Of a stretch of DNA of 64,000 nucleotides, positions 17,805 to 28,543 are shown in pieces. Each line of letters opens with the position of its first letter. Position 1 is the stretch's first letter. The DNA comes from a virus, in IMG/VR virus record IMGVR_UViG_3300033753_000334, positions 34,985 to 98,984 of that record; one strand, 5' to 3'. The notes beneath the pieces were generated by a model. That model made no database searches, was not told where the DNA came from, and saw nothing but the letters and a program-made list of their open reading frames with translations. The translations under genes and the position numbers were made by a program.

Positions 17805-19400
17805 ATGCCGCATATTGATACAAGCATATTGCAAGAAGATCAAAGGTTGAAAGAGCCATATTTTCAGGAGAGGTTTGCTAATCTAATCACAGGATACACA
17901 GATAGCACATGGGAGATTGAAAGGGTATTTTATAAAGCAGTGTATGATTCGTCCGCTTTGCACGAAGAGATTTTACAAATGAAACCTGACTCTGTGCCGG
18001 AGCCGCAATCGCTTGTTGATGTAGCTGTGGCAAGACACTATGTATTTAAAAACGAAAATCTTCCAAAAGCTTTCTTTGGGGTAGTAGTGGTTGGATCGCT
18101 ATGTCTAGAGTATGAACAGCTAAAAAAGGATGGGAAGTTACCCAAAAATGATCAGCAAAGTGCAGAAACAGCAGCATTTTTAGAACTGATTCAAGAAAAG
18201 ATTGATAAACTAGAGCCTTCACCGACAGACGATCCGCCGAAAGTAACGAAGTTCTATGATGCTTCTACCCTGTACTTTTACACTTGTGAGTATATGCCAT
18301 CCATTCAGGACGGCGAATGGCGCATTATGCCGTGGGATAACTGGAGATACGGAACGGTAGATGAAGTGGACCGCCGAACCATGAATAACGCAGCGGTTGA
18401 TATCGAAGTGTGGAAAACAAAATACAACGAGAATGCTGATTTTATTATTCAAGAGCCGGAAACCTATTGTGTGCAGTCGCCAATTGTAAAAGCGGTGCTG
18501 CGGTGGGCGGAATTACCGCTTGAGCGCAGATATAACCCTTCCTATAAAGTAGAGGATACGAAAACAAACTGGTGGTATGATTCGGAGATTCGACTTACAG
18601 GATTTATCGACAATTACAGTATGTTCTTCTCGTTGCAGGCGGATAACACACCAGCCTGGGAAGATAATGTTGTGCCGAAGATTCCACTTTACTTCGGGGC
18701 ATTTGAGCCGTTGAAAAAAGAGGATGAGACAGGAAATAAAGTAGATTCCGAGCCACTAGGAGAAGTTACTGTCTTATTCGCAGGGACGATGCCCCAAGTA
18801 GGAAAAAGCTCAACCGCTCAATTTGAGAATATCTCTAAATATGATTTTGACAATTATGATAAACAATATGTGACACCACCGATGTTTCCTATTCTCAAAA
18901 ACTACACCCGCCATCCTGGTAATGGCATAAATAATTGCATTGTTCGAAAAGATAAAGCGGGCGGAAGGTATGAAGGATATTACCTTTCATGGGATGCAGT
19001 GCCGAATGATATGCCACCGAAACGTACCGGAAAGTACAGCACGGAATTTAGTGGAGAATTTGAACGTGACTATCCGCGAGCATGGCAGAATCATATGAAT
19101 CCAGCTTATAACTACGAACATACACCTTCGCGATATACAGAACGCGCCCATGTTTCTAAGATTTATATCGACCATCCCGAATCAGGGAAGCGCGGGGCGC
19201 TTCGTCATGCAATTGGATTTGTTCCGATTGGAAAAGTGGCGGCCAGGATTCGATTAGAGAAAGAACCATGTGCAGCGACTACTTCAGGGAATAAATATGA
19301 TTACTTTAAAATGCATGTGTTCGATGGATTATCTCCACTTACAGCCCGGCCAGGGACACCTTTTAGACCTGTTGGGGTAGGAATTAAGGATACGGAATAG
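17805..19400 (+). CDS. Virion structural protein, paralog 2 of 3
   Basis: YKVEDTKTNWWYDS, IPLYFG, GNGINNCIVRKD, TPSRY. Confidence 0.7.
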   Translation: MPHIDTSILQEDQRLKEPYFQERFANLITGYTDSTWEIERVFYKAVYDSSALHEEILQMKPDSVPEPQSLVDVAVARHYVFKNENLPKAFFGVVVVGSLCLEYEQLKKDGKLPKNDQQSAETAAFLELIQEKIDKLEPSPTDDPPKVTKFYDASTLYFYTCEYMPSIQDGEWRIMPWDNWRYGTVDEVDRRTMNNAAVDIEVWKTKYNENADFIIQEPETYCVQSPIVKAVLRWAELPLERRYNPSYKVEDTKTNWWYDSEIRLTGFIDNYSMFFSLQADNTPAWEDNVVPKIPLYFGAFEPLKKEDETGNKVDSEPLGEVTVLFAGTMPQVGKSSTAQFENISKYDFDNYDKQYVTPPMFPILKNYTRHPGNGINNCIVRKDKAGGRYEGYYLSWDAVPNDMPPKRTGKYSTEFSGEFERDYPRAWQNHMNPAYNYEHTPSRYTERAHVSKIYIDHPESGKRGALRHAIGFVPIGKVAARIRLEKEPCAATTSGNKYDYFKMHVFDGLSPLTARPGTPFRPVGVGIKDTE

Positions 19401-19423
19401 AAAAAGAGCGGGGTGAGTAAAAG

Positions 19424-21220
19424 ATGTTTGTAAAAGAGAAGTTTCTAGTACAACTTCTTCCAGAAAGCCTAGAAAAGTTGTTCAATGATTGGGGATGGGA
19501 GACGATTTTCCGTTATAAAATTCATTTTGATTCACAGCCGAATGTGAAGTCAAAAGATTATGCTAGGATTCTTTTCTTCCGTTCAACCGGATCGGATGGA
19601 GTGATTCGTCATTTTGGAATGGTTCAGTCGCATGGAAGAGAAGATTTGCCTGCGCTGGGTGGGGAAGAGATTATTTCCCATACCTCTCCGTTAGGAACTA
19701 TTACAAGAGCGATAGATAATACGGATACCCCATTGGTTGATAAATTTTTTCTGCCTGTCTATCCAATAACTACGCCGTATGTCAAAGTGTTTAATGACGC
19801 GGGGGTTCCTCTTAATCCGAATGAATACAGTATAGAAAATGAAGAAGACGGGAAGCGCGGGATTATTACCATTGTGTCTGGAACAGAAAATTATAAGGTG
19901 ACATATGGGATTCACCCCGATGCACCAGATGTTCCGCGTAAAACATTGTTCTTCCTGTTTGATGAAGTAATTTTGAAAAGGGTAGATAAAGCGACTCAAA
20001 AGAATTTTGAAGAGGTAATGTTCAATCCTAAACAGTCGCATCGTTATGATGTCGATTTAAAGGCTGCACAGGCATTTAATCCAGATAACGGATACGAAAC
20101 ATTTGAAGCCATTTTAAATTCCTTCTTAATGGACGACCCCGATGACCCGGATTCGATGTATTTTATACGTATCCTTAACCCCTCGTTTCCATCCACCGCT
20201 ACATATATCGATAAATACGAAGCTGGGTGGGGACGTGATACTGAAATTACGATATGGGGAAATATTACAAAGAATCGTATTGCGCTGAATCTGCGTGTTG
20301 ACCCTGCGCCGGGACCGGAAAAAGCCTTCTTTGTGCCACTCTATATCGGTAAACTCATCACGATGGGGAAATGGCCACAGCTGAACAGCGTGTTGATTTC
20401 GGGAACAACGGAAAAAGACGAGGTGAGGGTGACATCACAATCGGCAGGGTTAACGCCAGATAAACTATCTAAACGTGATAATGCCCCGACTGTCAAAGTA
20501 ATTAAAGAACAAGCAGGCGTATTGGATCATGGTGCGTGGGGATCAAATGGTAATGATAGTGTCATGCTTCATCGAACGATTGGTGGAGCAAATTATCAGC
20601 GGCATGTTCTTCAATTTATTACGTTTGATGATAAGGCAGCTCCAGATCCAGAGCACAAATATAACCCATCTGCCTATACCGATAGATACCATGTCTCTCC
20701 TATGGCTATTGCGCACTGCAATGACGGAACAATTGGCGTATTGGATGAAGTGTATGCCGTTCATCCTAAAAACATTGGGCAGAGTGAAGAAGTCGAAATT
20801 GTCGAAGATGTGCACAACGAGATGATCAGTATTGGAGACGGTATAACGGATGTTTTCCATCTTCGTCATGCGCCGAAAGATGGGACATTAAAATTGCGAC
20901 TGGGCACGATGCCGGGGCAGGATCAATGTATCGACGTTCTGGAAGATGAATACATCATTTATGAAGAAGAAGGATTGAAGCCGGATGGTTCTCCGAATCC
21001 GAATAAGGATAAAGAACAGAAAATGGTAAAGATCATTAGGAAAGAGAAAATACCGAAAAAAGGACAAGTTCTGTATGCGGATTACCAGTTCGAACAGACA
21101 TATGTATTTAACCTGCCAACGACACCAATTACACCGTTCCGTCTGCCAGATGTAACGCCATACGCTCCAATTGGGTGGGGATTGCTAAAATCGAATACGA
21201 AATTTACACCAACGTCATGA
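19424..21220 (+). CDS. Virion structural protein, paralog 3 of 3
   Basis: VPLYIG, SNGNDSV, NPSAY, TPFR..P.G.G shared with paralogs 1-2. Confidence 0.7.
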   Translation: MFVKEKFLVQLLPESLEKLFNDWGWETIFRYKIHFDSQPNVKSKDYARILFFRSTGSDGVIRHFGMVQSHGREDLPALGGEEIISHTSPLGTITRAIDNTDTPLVDKFFLPVYPITTPYVKVFNDAGVPLNPNEYSIENEEDGKRGIITIVSGTENYKVTYGIHPDAPDVPRKTLFFLFDEVILKRVDKATQKNFEEVMFNPKQSHRYDVDLKAAQAFNPDNGYETFEAILNSFLMDDPDDPDSMYFIRILNPSFPSTATYIDKYEAGWGRDTEITIWGNITKNRIALNLRVDPAPGPEKAFFVPLYIGKLITMGKWPQLNSVLISGTTEKDEVRVTSQSAGLTPDKLSKRDNAPTVKVIKEQAGVLDHGAWGSNGNDSVMLHRTIGGANYQRHVLQFITFDDKAAPDPEHKYNPSAYTDRYHVSPMAIAHCNDGTIGVLDEVYAVHPKNIGQSEEVEIVEDVHNEMISIGDGITDVFHLRHAPKDGTLKLRLGTMPGQDQCIDVLEDEYIIYEEEGLKPDGSPNPNKDKEQKMVKIIRKEKIPKKGQVLYADYQFEQTYVFNLPTTPITPFRLPDVTPYAPIGWGLLKSNTKFTPTS

Positions 21221-21237
21221 TATAGGAGGGGAAGTCA

Positions 21238-24200
21238 GTGCAAAAGAAAAAACAATATCTTTTCCAGGCTTCTCCTTTTTCTTTAATCCAGTTATCATAC
21301 CTCATTCAATTTACCCCGCTAGTGGGTGGAGCAGAAAGCTACAAAGTCGAAGTGGATATAAACAATCGATATGAAGCGATAGAGAATAAAAAAATGTATA
21401 CCACAGTGAAACGGAAAAGGTCAAAAATATCTGAAATGTTGGATTCAAGGATGAAAGTGCGGAAAAGAGCGAAGCGCATGATAGAGCATGAAATAAATCA
21501 TGCCCAGTTCCCCGAACTTATTCTGGATGGAGTTATTTCTGATGGCATTCCTATTAAAAGTGTGTCTACACGCGAAGGGATTGTAAGCAAGGATATTCAT
21601 ATTTCCTCTAAAGACCAAGAAGCATGCACGGCTATATTTGAAGACGGACCAGATACGAGAAGAAGAATAACGCACGGATGGGAACAAGTGAAAGAAGTAA
21701 GCGGAGAGAAAAAAGAATTTCAAGAAGGAGATTTACACAAGAGCACTTCTTTCGTGCCTGTTGAGTATAAAAATGGGATTCAGCCTGTAAGTTTGATTCC
21801 TGCCAATGCTTACAAAAAATACGAAGAAGCTTTTTTGAAACAGGTGCAAGATAGTGCAATTCGTATGGAAAAGAACGGTTTAGAAAAACAATTGTTGGAT
21901 GTACATAAATGGGATAGACGCAATGGAATTTTATTTGATATGCATGATTCAAAAACCCCTAGTGCTAATGTAGGAATGCTGCCATCTATATTTTGGATGC
22001 AGGAAAATAGAAAAATAGATGGTCATCTCCCTCTTATCACCATCAGTAAGTGCAACATAGAGAAGGCAGAGATGCCAAACAAGCCGGATATGTTGATTCC
22101 TAGCCAAGATATGCAAGTAACTATGCGAGAAATAATAAGTATGATATCGCACGACAAAGAAGGTATGCAGCAGGAGACTAACTTTTTAACTAGACGTGAT
22201 TTGGATACAGGGATGTTAAATAGAATAGTGGACAGTGCAGAAATGGCTGCTTTTGGTCAGAAGATGAAGGAAGAGCAGATCCAAAAAGAACGAATACTGC
22301 ATGTTTTAATGAATAACGCCAGTTTAGCTAGGGTAAGTGAGCAAGAAATATATCAATTACAAGAAGGGAATTCAGCTAATTTCTATGTTGAAAAAGATGG
22401 TGTGGTAAGTAGACCTGCCGATTTCACCTTAGGCTTAAATACAGGGTATCAAAGTAACAAAGTACACCAATTAGATCAAGATAAGGATATAGGAGAGACA
22501 ATGTTATATGGTGAAGAAGAAAGCCGCGCAACTATATTGAATATGCTCTCATATGAGGATGTTTTTACAGGCAAGACGAATATCGAAGTAAATGCGAATG
22601 AGAAACAGGTGACGAGCTTGAATACAATGCCCGTAACTTTGATTGTTGTATCAGATGGCGCGGAAGGTCATTTGTTTTCAGAGAGCGATGGGGCGATAGA
22701 GCGTGAATATGAAGGAATAAGAACAGATATATCAGGCAGTACGGTTGAAGGGGATAGCGGGGGAAAGGACGATACAAGGGATGCTTTTCTTGTTCACGCT
22801 CAGGTAGACGGAAAGTTGACCATTCCATTCGCTATTACAGCGAAAGAAAATGAAGTAAAAGCAAGCAAAGATGTAATGGATTCAGTCGTCAGTAATAATA
22901 CTGAATTTGAAAAATTAATGCTGCATGCGAACGAATCACCTAAATTTTTGGCAGGTACTTTTTATACGGATATTGAAGCATCTATAGACAAAATGGGTAG
23001 CGGAGATGCGCGTTTTAAGCATGCCATAGAGCCATATTTTGAGGATAATGGACGGATAAAAAATGAAACATATGGGTGGCACGAGGATAAAGTAGGTTCA
23101 GGAATAGCGGTTGAGAAGCTATCTATAGAGACGAGAAGGGATGCGACTTCTGTAGAACCTATATTATTAGATTTAATAGTAGAAAGTAAACATAAGACGG
23201 TGGAACAAAACGTCATCCTTGCTGATTCCAATACGACGGAACAGGTTTATAAGGATCATACGCTCATTGATTCCTTTGGTTCTCAACAAACACAAGGAAA
23301 AATAGTAACAATAATCGATTCTATGCAAAAGGGAACGGAAGAAGTAAGCGATAAGGGTGAAACATTGGAGTCTATTGTCGAAAGTCCTATTATTGCTTTA
23401 GAAGCTACAGTACTTGATTCAAACGAAAATAAAAATAAAGTAACCTTTACGGATCACACGTCCATAGATTCTGCAACATCCTATCAATCCGAAGTTCATA
23501 TAGGACAACAGATTGAAGCTATTGATACCAAGCAGCAGCAATTCACTCTACAAAAAGAAGTTGAAGGTAGTGTACATAGCCTAGAGGATGGAACCTCTGT
23601 TATTACATTTGCCATTCATCCAAGTGATCAAGAGGAAGCTAACGTACATCATGAAATGGTTGGGGAGCAAGAAGGCGCAGAGGAAGTAAGAAATAAGGCT
23701 ATAGTAGATAACTCGATGCTACATGTAGAAGTTATACAGCCAGATCATCGAATTCATGATATGGTACAGACACGAACGGATGCTATTGAAATTGTGGATG
23801 TAGTTAGTGATATGGCACAAGACAACAGAGTTGATAAAGATTATACATTTGATGCATTGGATACTGAGTTGTTCACGGGGGATAAAAAAGTAATGATTGC
23901 CCTGAAAGATAAGAGCGAACAAAACGCCAAGGGAATAGAACAGGAAATAGAGTCAATAGGGAATAAGAATGTAGTAATATCGTACCGCATGTCATTACCA
24001 AGTGCCTTTCATGAACCCGCATCAGCATCATTCGGTCTCCCTGCTGCAACGATGTTGTTTGAACAGAATCAAGGAAAGGCTCAATTTGATTTTCTTGGTG
24101 TATCTAACGTTTTGGATTCAAGTCAAATCACTTCTTTGTTTGATAGTATGATGACGCAGATAAAGCAAGTAAGCATACAGTCACAACTATTTGATGTAAT

Positions 24201-24972
24201 TATCAATAATGATGAATGCGGCATAAATGCTGAAATATTAGATTCATTCGAAAGGGGATCGAATGAAAATGGAGGTATGCTACCTGTTGATGGGTTGTCT
24301 GATGTGAAAGATGATGCGAAGCATAGTTACCTTATCGATTCGATGAAAGAAGATTCGTTGCAAGGTAAACACAGCACAACGTTTGATTTAATAAAAAAAG
24401 GTTCGATACAAGTCGAACATAGTACAACATTTGACTCCATTAAGCGAGAAGATTATGTTACAAGTCATGCGACTGTACTTGATACATGGTTATCTGATGA
24501 TGTGCATGCTGTGGAGATTACAGAGTTACCTGCAATAGAGCAGCTAACTAAACAAGTAGATAAGATGTGGTCAGTAGGAATAATTGAATCTGATCTTCAC
24601 CAGGTTATTAAAACGTTTGTAGATAGTGTTCTTTTTGAGGGAGATATAGTAGATACTGTTCCGTTTGACTTTACGCTGGATGAGTACCACTTAGGTTTAT
24701 TGTGGTTGGATGCCGAAGAAACACCGCTAGAGGTGGCTGAAATGGGCTGGATTGATGCGAGAGAGATTGAGTTTCCTTCATCCAGTCTTGGATACGACAA
24801 GATAAAGATTTGGATACTTGGTGAAGGGAAGAAATCTGACTTAGAGCCTGGTAATCCCGATCCAGATCCCGGTGATCCTGAGCCAAAACCTGGAGAGAAG
24901 AAACCAAGAGTTTGGTTGATTATGGGTAAGCCGTATTTTTGGAGTAACTGGGATTGGAAGAAAAGCAGATAG
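21238..24972 (+). CDS. Large acidic repetitive protein (probable fibre or shaft)
   Basis: 1244 aa, degenerate ~16-aa repeats (HSTTFDLIKKGSIQVE / HSTTFDSIKREDYVTS), Pro-rich C-terminal linker. Confidence 0.65.
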   Translation: MQKKKQYLFQASPFSLIQLSYLIQFTPLVGGAESYKVEVDINNRYEAIENKKMYTTVKRKRSKISEMLDSRMKVRKRAKRMIEHEINHAQFPELILDGVISDGIPIKSVSTREGIVSKDIHISSKDQEACTAIFEDGPDTRRRITHGWEQVKEVSGEKKEFQEGDLHKSTSFVPVEYKNGIQPVSLIPANAYKKYEEAFLKQVQDSAIRMEKNGLEKQLLDVHKWDRRNGILFDMHDSKTPSANVGMLPSIFWMQENRKIDGHLPLITISKCNIEKAEMPNKPDMLIPSQDMQVTMREIISMISHDKEGMQQETNFLTRRDLDTGMLNRIVDSAEMAAFGQKMKEEQIQKERILHVLMNNASLARVSEQEIYQLQEGNSANFYVEKDGVVSRPADFTLGLNTGYQSNKVHQLDQDKDIGETMLYGEEESRATILNMLSYEDVFTGKTNIEVNANEKQVTSLNTMPVTLIVVSDGAEGHLFSESDGAIEREYEGIRTDISGSTVEGDSGGKDDTRDAFLVHAQVDGKLTIPFAITAKENEVKASKDVMDSVVSNNTEFEKLMLHANESPKFLAGTFYTDIEASIDKMGSGDARFKHAIEPYFEDNGRIKNETYGWHEDKVGSGIAVEKLSIETRRDATSVEPILLDLIVESKHKTVEQNVILADSNTTEQVYKDHTLIDSFGSQQTQGKIVTIIDSMQKGTEEVSDKGETLESIVESPIIALEATVLDSNENKNKVTFTDHTSIDSATSYQSEVHIGQQIEAIDTKQQQFTLQKEVEGSVHSLEDGTSVITFAIHPSDQEEANVHHEMVGEQEGAEEVRNKAIVDNSMLHVEVIQPDHRIHDMVQTRTDAIEIVDVVSDMAQDNRVDKDYTFDALDTELFTGDKKVMIALKDKSEQNAKGIEQEIESIGNKNVVISYRMSLPSAFHEPASASFGLPAATMLFEQNQGKAQFDFLGVSNVLDSSQITSLFDSMMTQIKQVSIQSQLFDVIINNDECGINAEILDSFERGSNENGGMLPVDGLSDVKDDAKHSYLIDSMKEDSLQGKHSTTFDLIKKGSIQVEHSTTFDSIKREDYVTSHATVLDTWLSDDVHAVEITELPAIEQLTKQVDKMWSVGIIESDLHQVIKTFVDSVLFEGDIVDTVPFDFTLDEYHLGLLWLDAEETPLEVAEMGWIDAREIEFPSSSLGYDKIKIWILGEGKKSDLEPGNPDPDPGDPEPKPGEKKPRVWLIMGKPYFWSNWDWKKSR

Positions 24973-24975
24973 GGG

Positions 24976-26700
24976 ATGATAGACATGCGTTGGGACTATA
25001 TGTATGGTGGGGGACAGTTGTTAGAAAAGGAAGATCCGCCATTTACGTTAAAACAAACACAGCCAAGTTATGTCGGAGTAGACGATAAAAAGAATCTTAT
25101 TTTACGAACGTGGTGTCACTGGTATTGGAACTCGAAAGTATGCGGATCGATTAAGTATGAAATAAAAGACATTTTTCGTACCGATCGACTTTTCGCTATC
25201 GAATTTAATGGTAAGTTTATGATTGGGGAGGGAGGAGCATCGATTAGAATCGGGAATGGCGAATATGAAGCTATTTTTCGATTCAGCGCTAATGCTGTGA
25301 CATTGAATGGCATTAAGTTGCCGATTAAGCCTAGCCAATTTAATACAGTTACAATGCTTCAGGCATACGGTCCACGAGTGGAATTATATTTGGGAACAAA
25401 GAAATTCTTCAACAGGGATGTATTAAAGCCATCCAAGTATAATGGCATCGAAATTTCTTTAAGTGGCGAAGCAACAGTCATTTTACGCTATCTGTTTTTT
25501 TCAACCGATTACAATCCCTGCCGTCTTGTGTTACTTTCTAAAAACAATACTGAATCTCCTGCTTGTCACGTGAAGAAATTTGTGTTTGCAGAAAAAGGTA
25601 TTAATCAGTACGGTGTTGAGACAGTAGAAGTGTATGAAATAACAGAAGTTGGTAACTGGCAGGACTTTGATCGTTTTCAATCAACATCTATCTATAAGTT
25701 TCAGGTAAAGTTATATAAAGCGGCATCGGGAGAAGTGGTTGCTGCATTCAGGAGAAATGGAAATTCAGAGCCTTTAGATATTATGGGGGGATACATCGAA
25801 TTGTCTGGCGGTAAAAAATGGCCGTGGGTGCATGTGATTGGACAAGAAGGAGCAGCCATCATTGATGTCCCTTGGTCTGAAGCACATACTTATCCAGGAT
25901 TCGAAGATGTAGAAGAAAAAACGCCGCATATGCTGAGTGCAACGATGGACAATAGCACAGATAAGGACAAAAAAGGACAAATTACGTTCGGGTTTGATGT
26001 AAAGTGTGAGGTGCAGGAGAATCCGCCAATAGACGGACAACCTGGGGGAGATTATGATATTGCCATTAACTTAAGATGGACAGTGCCAGATGAAAGGGCA
26101 GACCCACAATATCCGTTTGTGGATCTTGATTTGTGGGCAGTGTCGGCGGAGAAGAAGGACGGGAAATATGTGTACAATCGAGCCACTTATCTGGATTACA
26201 CGACATCAACAGAACTAGGGGCGAGAGTGGTTGAAATTGATGATTGGTTGCGAATGAGTTTGATTAAAGATAACCGGACGAACCACAGGACAGGACAGGA
26301 TGTGCGTCATGTTTGGGAAACATTGTTAGAGACTATCACGATAAAAGGGAACTATGGAAAGATACTGACTGTTGGAGTGGGGAATTATGCGGCTCCAAGT
26401 AATTATGCCTCTGCGGAGAATGTAATGTATTTGGTAGAGCATCAGGGACGAAAAATCGAACTGGAGATTATTGATAAAAATACGAATACGATTGTGAAAA
26501 GTATTGTGATTCAGCCGGAGTGGTTATATCAAGCAGGAGCAACAGGAGGATGTGTATTGCCAGTATGTGATATTCTGATTCACCCAGATAAGCGTATTGA
26601 TATTATTAGCGAACGTACATCTTCCCCAAACACTATTCCACTACCGATTTATTCAAATGATTTTAAGGGTAATTTAGACATTAAGCTACAACCGCAATAA
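24976..26700 (+). CDS. Hypothetical tail-associated protein
   Basis: 574 aa, beta-rich, in the tail operon. Confidence 0.6.
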   Translation: MIDMRWDYMYGGGQLLEKEDPPFTLKQTQPSYVGVDDKKNLILRTWCHWYWNSKVCGSIKYEIKDIFRTDRLFAIEFNGKFMIGEGGASIRIGNGEYEAIFRFSANAVTLNGIKLPIKPSQFNTVTMLQAYGPRVELYLGTKKFFNRDVLKPSKYNGIEISLSGEATVILRYLFFSTDYNPCRLVLLSKNNTESPACHVKKFVFAEKGINQYGVETVEVYEITEVGNWQDFDRFQSTSIYKFQVKLYKAASGEVVAAFRRNGNSEPLDIMGGYIELSGGKKWPWVHVIGQEGAAIIDVPWSEAHTYPGFEDVEEKTPHMLSATMDNSTDKDKKGQITFGFDVKCEVQENPPIDGQPGGDYDIAINLRWTVPDERADPQYPFVDLDLWAVSAEKKDGKYVYNRATYLDYTTSTELGARVVEIDDWLRMSLIKDNRTNHRTGQDVRHVWETLLETITIKGNYGKILTVGVGNYAAPSNYASAENVMYLVEHQGRKIELEIIDKNTNTIVKSIVIQPEWLYQAGATGGCVLPVCDILIHPDKRIDIISERTSSPNTIPLPIYSNDFKGNLDIKLQPQ

Positions 26701-26762
26701 TGCAAAAAAAAATGAAGGGAAGGGATGATAAGGTTCCTTCCCTATTCTCGAAGTAGTAGTTA

Positions 26763-27377
26763 CTATCCTTCAAAAGTAACTAATTTATTGACTATTGATA
26801 CTTTGGAGGTAGGTACACCATTTGCTTTTCTGAACCCCCAGATTTCAACTTTGAATTCTACCGTTTTTCCTTGATAAGTCACAAATAAAGTTCCCTGCCC
26901 GTCGCGAATCGGAACAACTTTATTTTTATCTTGTATTGTAAATGGAGCATCTTTCCCTGATTTAAAAGTTACCTTATTTGTAATACGCTCACTTCTGTAT
27001 GATTTCCAACCTGGTTCATGTCCAGGAGTTATATATACAGCCGCAATATCTAGTCTATTCTCTGGTACTTTATTTTTTATTTTTGTTTCTACGCCGAGAG
27101 ATAATTGAATTTGTTCATTTTTGGTGGGCGTTTCTTGTTGGTTTTCATTATGTGTGGGATTTTTCGGTGGTGTGGATGGTTGCGTAGGCTGCTGTGTTTC
27201 TGTTTTTGGTGGTGCAACTGGCTTATCGATAACAAGTTGTCGATCAGTCTCAATTACTTTCAGTCCTGCACGTTCGGCCATCGCCTTAATTTCTGCAATA
27301 CTATCATTTGCTAACACCACAATAGGAGACAACAACAAAGTAGCCGCTGCCGTTGAGGCAACGATTAGTTTTTTCAT
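26763..27377 (-). CDS. Secreted protein, antisense moron inside the tail module
   Basis: Signal peptide MKKLIVASTAAATLLLSPIVVLA, P/T/Q linker, Ig-like C-terminus (G.GTLFVTYQGKTVEFKVEI); opposite strand; hairpin at ~26715-26743. Confidence 0.7.
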   Translation of the reverse strand: MKKLIVASTAAATLLLSPIVVLANDSIAEIKAMAERAGLKVIETDRQLVIDKPVAPPKTETQQPTQPSTPPKNPTHNENQQETPTKNEQIQLSLGVETKIKNKVPENRLDIAAVYITPGHEPGWKSYRSERITNKVTFKSGKDAPFTIQDKNKVVPIRDGQGTLFVTYQGKTVEFKVEIWGFRKANGVPTSKVSIVNKLVTFEG

Positions 27378-27489
27378 TTTCCTCTCCCCTTTTTCCAAGA
27401 TATGTTTATGTTAGTCCTATTGTACGATACGGACAAGTAGATCGTCACTTGTTTTTTGGAAAAATTTATATGTGTAAGTAGGTGAGCAG

Positions 27490-28536
27490 ATGCTTTACAA
27501 ATATAGAAGTGGTCTAGTTTTCGACGACAAGTTTCAAACGATGAAAAATAACTGGATATGTAGCGTTCCATCAGCGGTACGTCTTCATACAGACGTAGTG
27601 AGACTGTCTCACAGCCAAGCAGGTACGATGATGTTACTTGATTTGCCCGTAAATGAATATGAGTTGGTATTTGAAGTAGAGGCGAGTTACAGCCCGGTAG
27701 AAGCAGAAGATGTAGGTGGAATCGTCATTTGGAAATCACCGGATGAGTGTCTGGAATTTTTGGAGAGTATGGATACAAGCCGCGGTGATTACTCCCGATG
27801 GCGGGTGGTAAAGCGTGGTACCATGTGGGATTTCTATGCACGTATCAATCAGGAGTGGGAGTATTTTGATACCGGAGAGCTGGACGCAAATAAAATGGGC
27901 ATAACGTTGCAAGGAGAAAGTGGCGTTCCGCTTGATGTTACAAGGGTAACGGTGTGTAGAGGAGAGTATGTGGGAATCGGAAACTTGACGGCTGAGTCCG
28001 TAGTTAGGTTGAAGGATACGACCGGAGCCGTGATTGAAACACAGACTGTGACAGATGGATACAGCGGCGTGAATATTCGTTTACCACTTGCGGTGTTTGA
28101 GGGAGAGATTGAGGTTGTAGAAGGTGGGGAGACACAGGCGATTGCAACCACGTTTTACGGTGGAGATGTTTACCTGTATGCGACAACTCCATTGAAAATA
28201 TGTAAGGATGGAGTGGAGTTGAATAAGATAGATTTTTCAGACTTGGGGTATTTTCGGCAACGTGTCGTGGAGATGAAATTACAGCTTGTTAATACGGCTG
28301 CTGAAGTCTTGCATACTATAAAGGTAAAGGCATCGCAGTACGAATCGGATGCCGCATACCAATGGATTAGTCTAGCAGAAGATGTGAATGGTTCGCCTGG
28401 AATGTATCAGGGAGATGTGACGTTCTCACAGATGGAAGGCAATGAAACGAAAGATTTTTGGTTGCGGATTGAACGAGATCGGGAGTATTTCAGCCTTGAT
28501 CCATTGCGGTTCAAGCTAGATATTCTGCACGATTAG
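27490..28536 (+). CDS. Tail-associated protein with a ConA/lectin-like beta-sandwich
   Basis: Beta-sandwich pattern (DVGGIVIW, WRVVKRG, EWEYF); upstream of the fibre gene. Confidence 0.55.
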   Translation: MLYKYRSGLVFDDKFQTMKNNWICSVPSAVRLHTDVVRLSHSQAGTMMLLDLPVNEYELVFEVEASYSPVEAEDVGGIVIWKSPDECLEFLESMDTSRGDYSRWRVVKRGTMWDFYARINQEWEYFDTGELDANKMGITLQGESGVPLDVTRVTVCRGEYVGIGNLTAESVVRLKDTTGAVIETQTVTDGYSGVNIRLPLAVFEGEIEVVEGGETQAIATTFYGGDVYLYATTPLKICKDGVELNKIDFSDLGYFRQRVVEMKLQLVNTAAEVLHTIKVKASQYESDAAYQWISLAEDVNGSPGMYQGDVTFSQMEGNETKDFWLRIERDREYFSLDPLRFKLDILHD

Positions 28537-28543
28537 GGGATGG

